Shown: positions 1 through 13,619 of the stretch, one piece after another | Layout of the letters: every line of letters starts with the position of its first letter | How positions within the stretch are numbered: position 1 is the first letter of the stretch | DNA from: Octopus bimaculoides | Taxonomy: Eukaryota | DNA length: 54,621 nt | NCBI RefSeq assembly: GCF_001194135.2 | Contig: NC_068983.1 | Location: 24,301,573 to 24,356,193 of the forward strand | Reading direction: 5' to 3' | Notes under the pieces: generated by a model | What the model saw: the letters and a program-made list of their open reading frames with translations, nothing else | What the model was told of the DNA's origin: nothing | The model's database searches: none | Translations under genes and position numbers: made by a program

Positions 1-107
<107 letters not shown>

Positions 108-420
108 GATATATATACATTTTTTATTGTTTGTGGTTGGTACTTTTTTCTTGCGCTCTTCAAGTTTCACATTGTGAAACACAGTGTAGCAATACAGGAG
201 ATGCCCACTGTATACAATATATAATTATACTAAATAACATATATTGAGTACTTATTCCCTGGGTTGAAAAAGGAAAAAAAAAAAACTAACAAAAATGCAC
301 ACAGACATATATGATAGGTTCCTTTAAGTTTCTGTCTACCAAATTCACTCATAAGGAGCTATAGTAGGAGACACTTGCCCAAGGAACTACACATTGAGAC
401 TGAAATAACAGCATTGGGAA

Positions 421-720
421 ACAAACATCTTAACCATACTTGCTTGTTTGCCTGTGTGTGTATATATATATATGTTTATATATGTAGTTTTTAGTGGAGT
501 AATGTCTGCCTGTGTATGTATATGTACATACATATGCATGTGTGGGTGTCTGTCTGTGTGTATATATATATATATATATATATGCATACACAGACACATG
601 CATATATATGTACATATACATACACAGGCAGACACTACTCCACTAAAAACTCTATATATAAACATATATATATATACATATACACACAGGCAAACATTGC
701 AGTATGGTTAAGATGTTTGT
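421..720. repeat. ~300-bp imperfect palindrome centred on a (TA)n run
   Basis: 421-560 is the reverse complement of 583-720 (acaaacatcttaaccatac...ttagtggagtaatgtctgcctgtg vs cacaggcagacactactccactaa...gtatggttaagatgtttgt), with a few substitutions and indels. Confidence 0.85.
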
Positions 721-1087
721 TATANNNNNNNNNNNNNNNNNNNNNNNNNNNNNNNNNNNNNNNNNNNNNNNNNNNNNNNNNNNNNNNNNNNNNNNNNNNN
801 NNNNNNNNNNNNNNNNNNNNNNNNNNNNNNNNNNNNNNNNNNNNNNNNNNNNNNNNNNNNNNNNNNNNNNNNNNNNNNNNNNNNNNNNNNNNNNNNNNNN
901 NNNNNNNNNNNNNNNNNNNNNNNNNNNNNNNNNNNNNNNNNNNNNNNNNNNNNNNNNNNNNNNNNNNNNNNNNNNNNNNNNNNNNNNNNNNNNNNNNNNN
1001 NNNNNNNNNNNNNNNNNNNNNNNNNNNNNNNNNNNNNNNNNNNNNNNNNNNNNNNNNNNNNNNNNNNNNNNNNNNNNNNNNNNNNNN

Positions 1088-1153
<66 letters not shown>

Positions 1154-2169
1154 TGTCATTTTTGATAACATGTATCTAAAGTAACAAATATGACTAAGAT
1201 ATATTGAGGTGGATGAAAAGCTAGAATTGGAAAGATTTATGTTATAAGACAAAGTAGTATAGATAGACAGATAGTTACATTGCTAAACTTTAAATATAAA
1301 AAATATGGTAGGCTTGTTGTAGGTTGATGGCATCAGAGTAGGAGATGGTTTTGCAAAAATCGTAAGAGGGGAGGAGAGAGAGAGAAACTGCAATCTTTAA
1401 TGTTTGGTAGTGGTTTGAAAGGAATTAGTCTTGTGACAAGCTTGGTTTTTACTTATATTTGTGGCCATATTATACTATTTGTTGAGAACATTTTTCAAAG
1501 GTGGGGATTTTACTGAAATTTGTCTGCAGAAAAATAAATAAATGAATAAAATAAAGTCCAGGCTTTTCGAATTTAAAGAATGTATTGACTATAAAAGTTT
1601 TAAAAACATACAAAATTTGCAAAAGAAAAAGAACTGTGCAAGTCTGGTGTTATTGGTGGGATAACATCTGGCTAAATGGTTTAAGTGCAACACATATGTT
1701 TTCATTGATGCTGTGATAATGATCTGAACTTATGCATAAGGGGCATTAATAGATACACTATCCCAAATATGACAAGACAGATGTAATCTCTTAATGTTGT
1801 ATGCTGTCAATGTATGTATGTGTATGTTCACAGCACATTTTTGTTAAGAATATTCTTGAATATAAAATATAGGTTATCAAATATGTTGTTGTATGTATGT
1901 GTGTGTATGTGTGTGTGTGTGTATGTGTGTGTGTGTGTGTGTGTGTATGTTTGGATATGTGTAGTTATGTATGCATGCATATATATGTGTGTGTGTGTGT
2001 AGATAGTCATCTTCATTATAATGTCCACTTTTCCATGCTTGCATGCGTTAAAGGAAACTTTGTTGAAACCAATTTTTCTGCAGCCAGATTCTCTTTCTGT
2101 CATCATATATTTATATGTGCATTTGCATATATGTATATACGTACGCATACATATGCAAGCACACACATC

Positions 2170-2560
2170 CGTCATCATTCATGCAGATCGCATACCCATA
2201 ACAGTGCCGTCTTCTCTCTTGTATGCTACATGTCCTTCCTCTTATAAACAGCTTTTCTCTCACCTCAGTTGCATTACCATTCATGCTCCTTAACATTACA
2301 TATCTAGTGAAGCCCTCTTGTTTCATTCTTTCCAGCTTTCACATGTCCTCCATATTCAGTATTTGCATCTCACTGCCATTCAGGATCACACTTTGCATAT
2401 AGGCATCATACAACCCGCCTTTCATTCAGAGGGAGAATTCCTTTGTTACCAGCAGAAATTATTGCTCTCTGAACTTTTTGAAGCTTGTTCTTATTCAGGC
2501 TGTTATGCTTCTGGAGCATCTTCATCTTCACTGCTAAATTGATCACCTGGGAAACAGAAG
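2170..2560 (-). mobile_element. RTE-clade LINE RT C-terminal relic
   Basis: The minus strand gives frameshifted GDQFSS...KGGLYDAYMQSVILNGSE...EDM*KLER, homologous to the better-preserved copy at 40519-41610 (YLGDQVSSGGG...VILHGSETWAMTAEDMCKLERNEA). Confidence 0.75.
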
Positions 2561-3084
2561 CTACCAAATATTTTAAGGGAACTGTCAGATTATTTATTAT
2601 TTGACAGAATCTTTCATGTATGTTCCTGTTGCATACAGCTCCCAAGCATCCACTACACATAAGGTCTATCTTTCCCCTTAACCTCTGATTCCTTTACACC
2701 TCTTGTGTGTTCATAATTTACACAGGGTTTATGGAATAGGGTTACAACCTACTTTCTGCTTATGAAGCATGACCAGTTCCTTGATTATAACAGAACCCTG
2801 TTGTCTTTCCTACTTTTGTCTCTGCTATAAGTTTACATTGAGGCCTCCCAGTTCTAGGTTGTACATCTGCTTCTGGAATTTCTTAGTTTCTGCTAAAGAT
2901 TTAGCTATAAGAGCTAGATCATTAGCATATAGGACACTTCCCACAGACAGCCAGTCTTAAACTGCTCTGTTATAGCCTAGACTATGAGCAATGAAATGGG
3001 ATTGAGAACAGAACCTTAGAGAACCCCTATTAGTTTGCTAAATTCATAATCGTACACACTTCTAATGCTCACCTTGCAGATTAC

Positions 3085-3274
3085 ATGTGCCGGTGGAACG
3101 TAAAAGCACCCACCACACTCTTGGAGTGGTTGGCATTAGGAAGGGCATCCAGCTGTAGAAACTCTGCCAGATCAGATTGGAGCCTGGTACAGCCATCTGG
3201 CTCACCAGTCCTCAGTCAAACCCTCCAACCCATGCCAGCATGGAAGGTGGACATTAAATGATGATGATGATGAT
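3085..3274 (+). mobile_element. 5'-truncated 3' end of RTE LINE (or RTE-tailed SINE) with (GAT)n tail
   Basis: Matches the terminal ~200 nt of the RTE copy at 52551-53680 in the opposite orientation and ends ...ggacattaaatgatgatgatgat. Confidence 0.75.
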
Positions 3275-3352
3275 AACATACACACAACCAGTAATTTCAA
3301 AACATGAAATTTTTTTGCCAAGCATGTCAGCATGAATATTTGCATGCGTGCG

Positions 3353-3433
<81 letters not shown>

Positions 3434-4145
3434 ACACATGCGTGCACTCACATATGCATTCTTAAAAGGTTTACAACGTTGACTTTTGCAAATGAAAATA
3501 GCAGGCTCATGTACTGCCAGAAGTTGAGATGCACTTCTTAGCCATGTGGGTTTGAGTTCAGTCCCACTGTGTGGCATTGGGCAACTGTTTCTTGGCCTGG
3601 ACTGAATAAAGCTTTGTGAGTGGAATTAGTAGGTGGAAAATATATGCATGTTCTTTTGTACAAATGTGATTTCTTTTAGTTGTATGAAAGTTACAGTGGG
3701 AGGTGTTGTTGTGGCCAGTTCTCTTGTCGACAAATTATCTGACCACTTTGTGCTTTAAAATCATGTGGAAAGAGATCCTTTATTTGAAAAGCTGGTAAGG
3801 ATTAGCATCAGGAAAGGCATTCAACTGTAAAACAATAACAATGCTTCAAATAACATTTGTTCGACCCATGGAAGCATGGAAATATGGATATAACATGAAT
3901 GAACATAGATTGATACAGTATATATATATATATGAAATACATTTTTTATATATATTATATATGAATATTATGATATACATTCACAAGGTTTCCCCACACT
4001 TCAACAAGCAACCCTTCACTAATATCTGCAGAAAGAAAGATGAATGAATCCTGACAGGTTGTTAAACATTATAGATATATATATAAATATATCTTCACTA
4101 TAGAAATATATATTATTATATATATGATGTATTATATATATGATG

Positions 4146-4175
<30 letters not shown>

Positions 4176-4176
<1 letters not shown>

Positions 4177-4840
4177 CGAACATTGGAGGGAACTTAAGGA
4201 AGGGAAGAACTCATCAGTTCTGTACCAGCACGCTGAGCAAGAACATAGAGGCTCAATCAACAACATAGAAATTAAAATCTTATCTACACATAGCAGTGAT
4301 GCAGCACTTAGACAAATTACTGAAGCTACACACATAATAGAAGAGAAACCTAGCCTGAATAGGAAACTAGAATGGAACATTAACACACACCACTAACAAA
4401 CCACAAACCGCAGCATGTGACAACATGTTACCCATAAANNNNNNNNNNNNNNNNNNNNNNNNNNNNNNNNNNNNNNNNNNNNNNNNNNNNNNNNNNNNNN
4501 NNNNNNNNNNNNNNNNNNNNNNNNNNNNNNNNNNNNNNNNNNNNNNNNNNNNNNNNNNNNNNNNNNNNNNNNNNNNNNNNNNNNNNNNNNNNNNNNNNNN
4601 NNNNNNNNNNNNNNNNNNNNNNNNNNNNNNNNNNNNNNNNNNNNNNNNNNNNNNNNNNNNNNNNNNNNNNNNNNNNNNNNNNNNNNNNNNNNNNNNTGAT
4701 GAGGTCACAGAAGTGTGACAAAAGAACTCTGGCCGAAATAAGATTAAGATTAATGTAATATAAAGCTGAAGCAAATTAACACCAAATATACAGTGCGTGT
4801 GTTTTTATTGGCTAAACTGGCAATATGACCATCCCCAAGT

Positions 4841-4848
<8 letters not shown>
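4176..4848 (+). mobile_element. Penelope-like element: GIY-YIG endonuclease C-terminus plus 3' UTR/pLTR, between (TA)n runs
   Basis: EHWRELKEGKNSSVLYQHAEQEHRG...KILSTHSSDAALRQITEATHIIEEKPSLNRKLEW fits the PLE EN pattern EH...S.L..H...H...IL...R.I.EA..I...P.LN. Interrupted by an N gap (4439-4696). Confidence 0.8.
4697..4748 (+). ncRNA. Hammerhead ribozyme-like motif (type I) in PLE 3' region
   Basis: (n)TGATGA-GGTCA...TGGCC-GAAA-T-AAG-AT-T. Core with the first C hidden in the gap, a 5-bp stem II base, GAAA and a short stem III. The stem I 5' strand is in the gap. Confidence 0.6.
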
Positions 4849-4889
<41 letters not shown>

Positions 4890-6284
4890 GATAACATTAT
4901 ATATAATATACATTATATTTTATATATATGTATATACATGTAGTATATTTTATATTGTGTGTTATATAAAGGTGCCTTAAATATCTCTGGCATGAAAAAA
5001 AAAATCAATAGAAAACAATGAAAACACTGTCCTTAGAAATTCCAGTTTTAATGGTAAATTAAGTCTTGAATATATTCTCCATTGTTGGTTATACATTTCT
5101 TTTACTGTTCATGCTTACTATGAAATGCACATGTAAAAGAAATCTTCCTTTTTGAATGTGTAATCACGTTTTCATATTACTCTTAAACTTCTTTACTCTT
5201 AAGACGGCTCTTTAAACTTTCTTTTGAGCTGTGGAAAGAGATGAACATCATAAATTACTTAACCAGGATTATATGGAAGCATCAGAAGACTTGGGAAGTA
5301 ATTTTTAAGTAATGGATTCTGTGCAAATATGACTGCTCTGAGCATGTGAATAATCATGGTGTAACAAAAAGAATTTGACTCGATAATTTTTTTTTGTCAT
5401 TTCTGTTGAATTTTTCCCCCCCTTTGAATCATTAATTACTGTCACACAGTCTTGACCTGTCATAATTATTTTTTTTTACCTGCATTTAGGCAATCGGTGT
5501 AAATGAACCAACCTTTTAAGGACTGTCAAAACTCCTGCTATCACCTTGATCAAAATGGCTTTGTTATTATTTGTTTGATGGCAGGTGGAGTTCCTTTAAC
5601 TTGGTGCTCTATTAACTGCTGTTTGCTGACTGGCTTATGAATGTAATGCCATGTCTTGTTGCAAGTAACAATTATAGAGGAAAAAAATGTTTGTATCGGT
5701 GTCAAAATTATTAATGAAATTGCAACACAACTCAACTTGTTTTTGCTTATGAACATTTCTTAGAAGTTGAGAAACCTATTTATCAGTAATATTACTCCTA
5801 TTCAGATGTTAAAGTATTAGTGGGTTTTCTTAATGTTTGGTTGTGGTCTGAAAGGAATTAGTTTCATGACAGGTTTATTTTCTACTTTTATATGTGGACA
5901 TATGAGATTTGCTGAAAATGTTTTCAAGAGTGAGGATGATGTTCATTCATTCATTCAGTATATGTCCATTTTTCTATGCTAGTATGGCTGGGTGAATGTA
6001 TATGATTCAGGCATTGTTTTTCTGTGGAATGCTGTTCCTGTCACCAACCCTTGTCTTTTTTCCGAACACGGGATTTTTTTTGCTTTATTCCAATTGCCTT
6101 TAAAAACACAGAGCTCAAGGGAAATTTGTTTACAGGGTATGTCAACAAACTTCATTTTTCATGCAACACTTTCATGCTAAGATGCAGAATATAAACATAA
6201 ACACAGGAAGTGTTTATATAAACATAAACACAGGGAGTGATTGATACATACATACATGCATGCACACAAACATACATACATACA

Positions 6285-6315
<31 letters not shown>

Positions 6316-6722
6316 GCACATAGACACATACATGCACACATGTATGCACATACATATGTGTATATGTATATAAAATGGGCTTCCATACAGTTTCCTTATA
6401 CCAATGTGTATGTATATAAGGTACATCTTAGAAAAGTAAAATAATATGCAAAAATTGAATATTTATTTTTAGTTAAGTGAGAATATCAAAATTTTAATTA
6501 TATTAGTCTCTCTAAGAATATCAAAATTTTTATTATATTAGGCTCTCTAAATCTAACCTGATCTATTCCCAGAATTTTGCTGGTATAAGCTAACATTCAA
6601 GGTTTCTATTCATTGACCATTAAAAGTCCAGTATCTTGAGATATTAAAACATCCAAAATATATCATTACAATAGAGTAAGTTGGTGAAAAATTGAAGGCT
6701 GAATGTGGATATGGAATATCAG

Positions 6723-7646
6723 TTAGTACTTGGTTGGAGATGCTTTAGCTTCAGTGACTGCCTGAATATGTCCTAGCAAAGGGGACATCAACCTATGGAG
6801 ACCCAAATAGTTTTGATAGCAACTTTCAATCCTGCTTTATTACTTGGTATGGAAGTTGATGATCTTGGCAACTGCATAGTCTCTTTGCATTTCAGGTCAG
6901 TTGAGTTATTTGGTCATGGCAGCATGTTGATGTGATGATTAGCAAATGAGGCTATGATTGTTTTTGGTACGTTATGCAGCTGTCAAGTCCTATTGGTACA
7001 AAAATTCCATATCACTAAATAGCTGGTTGGTTGACAAAAAAGCATGAAGTGCTCTATGATCTGTTGGTTGAATTGCAGCCCTGAGGAAACACATCGGTCC
7101 AATAACTTTGTATGAAATGGCACCCCAAACTATTATAGAACTTGATATTGGACATGAAACAGCTTTGGTTGTGTACCTCTTCAACTCCCCCTCCAAATTC
7201 TGCAACCTTTGTTTTTCATTGAGATACTAACTTACTTTCATCAGGAAAAAATACTTTGGACCATTGCTCAGTTGTCCACTCCTGTGCAAGTCAACCTCTC
7301 GTGATGCTACCTGTGGTTGAGAAGAGGGTGATTGTTGACTGCTTGATTGTTGTAACCTCATTGCTTGAAGCTGTTTGTACACCGTAGCCTGTAATGCACT
7401 AACTCCTACCCCTGTCCATTTTGTTGCTGTTTTTTTTTATGGATCTCCCCCATATTGCTAAACTGACTTTTTTCTACGGTTTCCTTGTGACTATAATTAT
7501 CTCTCTTGCTGGCAAGTCTCTTTCTGTTACACCTTGTTCATCCAAACGATGTACTAGAGAGTTGTTTAGACAAAGAACTCTACAAACAGCCAACTTTTTA
7601 AGCAACAATCTGAATGTATTAACTGATCTTTGCCCAGACAGTACAT
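6723..7646 (-). mobile_element. Tc1/mariner transposase pseudogene
   Basis: Frameshifted motifs on the minus strand: EWTTEQWSKVFFPDESK, SIIVWGAISYKVIGPMCFL, QLFSDMEFLYQ*DL.AA, LP*PNNSTDL and HIQAVTEAKASPTKY*. These are the Tc1 DD34E motifs. TIRs were not identified. Confidence 0.85.
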
Positions 7647-7927
7647 AAAGTTGATTTGTTAATGCATTCTTTTTTTTTTATTACCTACACCCATTTCATA
7701 CGTTTGCTGCTATTTTCTCACCTTCATCTTATATATTCTGAGTGTTATCTAATTCCTTTAGTTGAAAACCTCTTTCCTCTGAGATTGAGAGTTAGTTCAG
7801 AAAGAACAGATTCCTCTTCACCCCACACCACAAAAACTGATCCAAACTCAGGAATTTCACTGAATTTTATTGCCAACACAGACCACCACTAGTTCCTCAA
7901 ACTTTATTTTTTATGTGTATATGTATG

Positions 7928-7958
<31 letters not shown>

Positions 7959-9118
7959 ATGTGTGTGTGTGTGTATGTGTGTGTGTGTGTGTTCTAATAG
8001 TTATGTAATGTTGCCCAGGTGCCAAGTGTGTAGTGGCCATTTTCATTTTTGCTGAACTTAAATGACTTATATAGTTTTACTACGTTACAGTGTAGTTATT
8101 TTGTATGTATATATGAATTAGTAATTTGAAAGATTACTTGGAAATGAAGAAGAGAATATAATGCTTTCATTATTGTACTGTTGTATTCTTGTTAGTGCTT
8201 TCATGAGCATGCCTTCAGTTAGTATTTTTGCAGAATTTCATGAATCGAAAAATAGATAAATAAAAAATAAAAAAAAGAGAGAGGGTGAGAGAAAAATGCA
8301 ACTATTTTAATTAAGTTATTAACATATAGCATTGCCTGGTTTGCCAAATATGTGGAAACAGTTTATATATGTTTCTTTTTTGTTTTGTTTTGCTCTTGTT
8401 AAACTTATATAGTAAATTTTTATAGGTAATGGTTCAGTGAGAAACAGGGAAATAAAATCTTATATGTAATGAAGCATTTGTTGAAAACATACAAATTGCA
8501 AGACTTTTTATATGTAATAATGTCTATCAACAGTTTTGTTGTTATGGTGACAGTTCGTTGAATTCAACAGTACATTAGTATGTATGAAGTGTGTGTGTCT
8601 CTGGTTGAATGTGTGTGTGTGTGTTTGTGTGTGCCAATTAAGCCATGAAAATGACATGAAAGACATGATAAAATATGATAAAAAATTTTGTTATTAGTTT
8701 CATACTAAAGCGAAGACAGAAATAGAAATATTTTAATGCTTTGGTTGTAAGCTTGTCCTGAGACCTGGTATATGAAACTTGGTATTCATCTTCTATGATA
8801 TATGATATGTCCTTGTTCATGCAGTTGCAATATTGTACGATAATTAGGTCTACTATGTATGGGAATACGTTTCTTAATTCTTTGGAATAACCTAAGTATC
8901 TATAAAAAAAAAAAACAAAAAAAACCCCCAAAAACCCCCCAAAATGAACAAACTGATGTTGTGGTATATCATGCAAGTACTGGCTAGATTTACAGTGAGC
9001 TGTGTGACAGAGCTAGTATTTGTTTCTGAAAGAGAAATGACCTCACTTCTTGTTGAGCAATTTTCAGAATAGTGCAAATGTAGACAAACTCATAGGCATG
9101 CACGCGCGCGCAGGCACA

Positions 9119-9151
<33 letters not shown>

Positions 9152-9409
9152 GTTTCTTTCAGTTTCTGTCCACCAGATCTACTCACAAGGCTTTGGTTGC
9201 GCTGGAATAATAGTAGAATACACTTGGCCAAGGTGTTGCATGGTGGGACTGACCCTCAAACTACATGGCTTGTGAAATGAACTTCTCAACCACCCTGCCA
9301 TGTCAGTGAACACACACACACGCACACACAGACGTGTGTGTGTGTGTGTATTTTCAAATACATGCAAGAGGATGAGAGTCATGAGGTAGTTGGGATTGCT
9401 CAGTGATAT

Positions 9410-10385
9410 TGCCAAAAGCATTGTTAAAGATATGAAACCTGAGAAAGCAGGTGGGCATCAGAGACAGATACTGACATAGTAAAATTATCTAATCTCTCAC
9501 AGCCAATTAGGTAATTCAGGAGAGTGTCATACCAAATAACTGGCCTTCAAATATGACCATCGACTGCTGCAAGGGTAAAGGAAATATTCTTAAAAAAAAA
9601 AAGTACAGAAGCAGCAAATTGATGGACAAGGTTATGAAAGTAACAGAAACAGAGTACAACTAATTAAGAAGGGAATTTGTTTAGATGAGGCACACTCTAC
9701 TCTGGGTTTGTGTACCAGGACAGTGTCCTAGTGATACAAGTGAAGTCCTTTAATTATTAAACAACTTACCAACATATGCTTTGTAGTTTGGAGTTTGCTA
9801 AAAAAAAAAAAAAACCCAAAACATCAATATGACATAATGTATGTGCATTATTAAACATTGTGAAACTGAAGTACTTCATCCAGGGGAGACAGATACCTTT
9901 TGAAGACATGTTTAAAAGGCACGAAAGAGAGTGACAGATCACCCTGGGCTTGAAAGAGAGTGATAGATATTGGTATTTAACAGTCAGTTCAGCTCTTTAG
10001 TGCTACACACAAGAATGGCCTGTCTCAGCCAGCTAGAAGTATGTACACAGAAAAAAAGAGAAAAAAATTGAAGATGGATAGTTTGTGAGAGCTGTATAAG
10101 CTAAGTACACAGGTGCTGTCAGCCAAGATGAGCATTAGAAATGAGATAAGCTAAGAATTTAAAGTGCAGGCAGATGTCTATCAGGGATCAATTCTCATCG
10201 TCTTGCCATTTATTATAATTCCTCTGGCTATAACTGAGACTAATTGTCGATGGGAGCTCTTATAAAGCCTGACGATCTGCTTTTAATAGCTAAATATGTC
10301 AAACACTCGGAGAAATTTCATACATGGAAACAGAGGCTAGAAATGGGATACCTTAAAGTTTTAGTCAACAGGAAAGCAACCAAGA
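9410..10385 (+). mobile_element. Decayed RTE-clade LINE RT region
   Basis: Fragments KDMKPEKAG, LMDKVMKVTE, a YQGSIL-like segment (cagatgtctatcagggatca), a DDL motif (gacgatctgc) and EKFHTWKQRLE parallel the copy at 40519-41610. Confidence 0.7.
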
Positions 10386-10440
10386 TTCTATCTGCTTGCG
10401 GTGAGTAGGTGCAATGATACATATGCAGAAAAGTGCAGGT

Positions 10441-10812
10441 GTGGCTGTGTGGTAAGAAGTTTGTTTCCCAACCACGCTGTTCTGGGTTCAGTCTCATTGT
10501 GTGGTGCAGTGGGCAACCAAAGCCTTGTGAGTGGATTTGGTACTTAGAAACTGAAAGAAGCCCTTTGTTTATGTATATATGTGTGTGTGTGTTTTATCTA
10601 TGTGTGTATTTGTACTTGTCCCCAACCACTGCTTGACAACTGGTGTTGGTTTGTTTACATCCCTGTAACTTAGTAGTTCAGCAGAAAGAGTCTAACGGAA
10701 GCTTAGAAATATAAAAAGTACTGAGGTCAGTTTGTTTGACTAAACATTTCAAGGCGGAGCTCTGGCATGGCTGCAGTCTAATGACTGAAACAAACAAAAG
10801 AAAGCGAAAAGT
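10441..10812 (+). mobile_element. tRNA-head SINE family 1, diverged copy
   Basis: Head gtggctgtgtggtaagaag...gggttcagtc, body ccttgtgagtggatttgg, 3' end gcagtctaatgactgaaac. Confidence 0.75.
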
Positions 10813-11604
10813 AATTGGTAGGAGTTCTGTACTGAGTATGAATGCAATAGAGACATTGTGGATCACAGACAGGCTGACAGGAAAGACAGTCTTGGTATGC
10901 AACAGATACATGTATTAATTACAATGCATATATATATATATATATATATATATAATTCATTAGATATTTGCATATTTATTCTTTTTTCTTTATTAGTCTA
11001 CTGATGGTATACTTTATTGTGAACTACTACTATCATTTTTCACACCCAATATTTATCCAGTAATGGCAAAAAAAAAAAGAAAACTAAGTGACTTTGTCTT
11101 TGTCCAGTTTGTTGTCTATTGATTTTGTGTGTGTTCATTGTGGCATCTCAGGAACTGCTGATGCTAGGAAATTCAAATTTTATTTAATCAATGATTACGA
11201 AACAAAATAATGATTTTTTTTTTTTACATTTATTTTTCTTAGCAATTTATTAAGATGCTATGTATGTGGCTATGTTCTCTTTAACATGTCATATGCTGGG
11301 TAAACTATGAATTATATGCAAATTAAAATTTATCTTAGTTACATGATAACAATATATAATGGAAATAGGTTGATAAATACACTCTTTTATTCTTTTACTG
11401 GTTTCTCAAAGGACTGAAGTGATGCTGGAGCTCTGTATTCAAGCTTTTAGTCAATCATGTGTGCTTATTTCTGTCTATTGCTTATTTCATTGATTTCTGT
11501 TTGTCAAACTGTTAAACTGCAGGACATAAACAGACACAACATGAACACAGACAAGTTGAACAGGTTGTCACATTTAGTTCTGATTCAAAATTTCTTCCCT
11601 CCTA

Positions 11605-12000
11605 TGTTTACCTGGGAAAGATGGTAACGAAAGATGGAAAACTCCTTCTGGAAATCAAGAAAAGAATAGCACTTGGTTGGGTGTCCTTTTGAAAGGTGGA
11701 AAACCTCATGAGAAGTCCCAAGGCTTCCATGAAAATTAAAAGAAAGGTCTTAGGTCTTCGATGAGTACATCCTGGCAGTGATGATTTATGGCAGTGAAAT
11801 GTGGGCTCTCAACATTATTATCATTAATGCCTTCAGCATCATGAATTCCCTCACTGTAGCCCAACGGAAAATAGAATGAATCTTGCTCAGCACCACATTG
11901 CAGGACAAAAAGAACCAACACCTGGATTCAACAGCATTCTGAAGTCAACAACCTCCTAAGAACCAACAAGAACCATCACTTGGTCATGTTGCTTTGATCA
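11605..12000 (+). mobile_element. Second RTE-type LINE RT C-terminal relic (different subfamily)
   Basis: YVYLGKMVTKDGKLLLEIKKRIALGWVSF*KVENLMRS...FDEYILAVMIYGSEMWAL...TVAQRKIE, the YLG...EI..RI..GW..F...YGSE.W signature. Confidence 0.75.
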
Positions 12001-13619
12001 AATAATGACTGTAGTAAGGCTATTTTGGTCATGCTAGATGCAAGGTAACCTAATAAACGCCAGTGCCACAATAATATTCACTTAATATACTCTCTAAAAT
12101 CTAGTACAGAAAGACAAGGTAATGCTGCTAGTAGGAGAAAACGGTGTTAGCCTGTTGTGTCTCTGTGCTAGACCACAACTATGCTGCCTGAGATACACCA
12201 GTACATTATACTCTGTAAAGTGTTTGGCTAGCAAATGATGACAATGTAGGCCCGAGAAAACCTTTAGCTGTGTTCTGAATATGACAACACGTTCTGAGTA
12301 ACTCCCTTAATAAAATGCACCTTGTACACTCTGTAAAGTGGTTGGTACTAGGAATGAGAAGTCAATCAGCATGAGACCCAACCATAGATATATAAGCCCA
12401 TTGTCCATCAGTTCTGTCATTTTAATGTGCATCTTAACATGCTTATATGGGTTCTATAGCCCAACATATTACCAATCATTACAGGAGTTGCAGCATCTTA
12501 AGAGTCTTTACTACTTTTCCCATGTCTTTCCAGGTATCTCTCCTCCACTGTTTTTGTCCATTTTGAGTGCTCATCACTTTCTTATACAACTGTTATCCTT
12601 CTATGCATCATGTTTCTCATACCAGCATAGTTTTTTTTCTCACACACAGCACTCTGATTCCACTTATATCTAATTTTTCTCTCAGTTCATTTATCTCACA
12701 TCACACTCTACAGTCTTAAAATATAATAAAACGCATTGGATTTTGATAAATAGAAACATCATTGGTGGAAAAAGAAAGTAAAGATGAAGTGGTCATAGCT
12801 GAAATATCTTTAATGATGCTTAATTTGAGTTGACCTCCAGCTAAATAATCACAACTCAGTCTATGGTAGTAGTTAATTTCCCACTTGAGTATAACGGGTC
12901 ATAATCTGTATAAAAATCTTATCTGTGTATGTAGCTTCTAGGTATGTGCTGTGTTGTAATTTATATAAAATATGTTGGGTAACTTTTGGTTAAGAATAAT
13001 GATTTTAACATTATAAAATAAACTAATGTATTCCTGTGTTTTCTGAATTGTAGTTTCTTTTAAATGTTGTACATTGCCAAATTAAGGTAGTGAATAGGGC
13101 TGAGTTGTTAGGGCTTTAGATAAACAACTCACTGCATTTGTTCTAAATCACTGCATTATGGTTCAAGTCCTGGCTTTTCATCATTTCAGAGTTGATAAAA
13201 TAAATACTAGCCATGGCAGTGGATTATCAGATTTGCTATATTATCAGATGAGATTCCTTGCAGTATTTGTTATTACCCTTTGTGTTCTGATAGCAATGCC
13301 TGCAGCAACATTGGTACCAAACTGTATTGTTTCTAAAGAGTGGTCTTTCACTTAGATAACAAGGGTGACGAAGAGACGACTTGCATGTATAGGTAACTGC
13401 CAGTCTTCCATACAAGTCTTGCCCAAGTCTGCACATGCTGGCACAAGGTATATGGTCAATCATGGTCGACAGAAGCTTGGAAAATTTTGACCTAGAATAA
13501 AAAAAAAAAAAAAAGGAAAATTACTACAGCAGGAGGAATCAGATAAGGCTGGTCTGATTACTTACTATTGATTTTTACTATTGATTAACTACTATTGATC
13601 TTGAAATTATATAGGGTTT

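Noticed and set aside
8638-8892. Minus-strand ORF after a ttttatag acceptor (YLGYSKELRNVFPYIVDL...)
   Set aside because: No family similarity recognised, opposite strand to the one supported exon, and no donor. It is probably a non-coding repeat.
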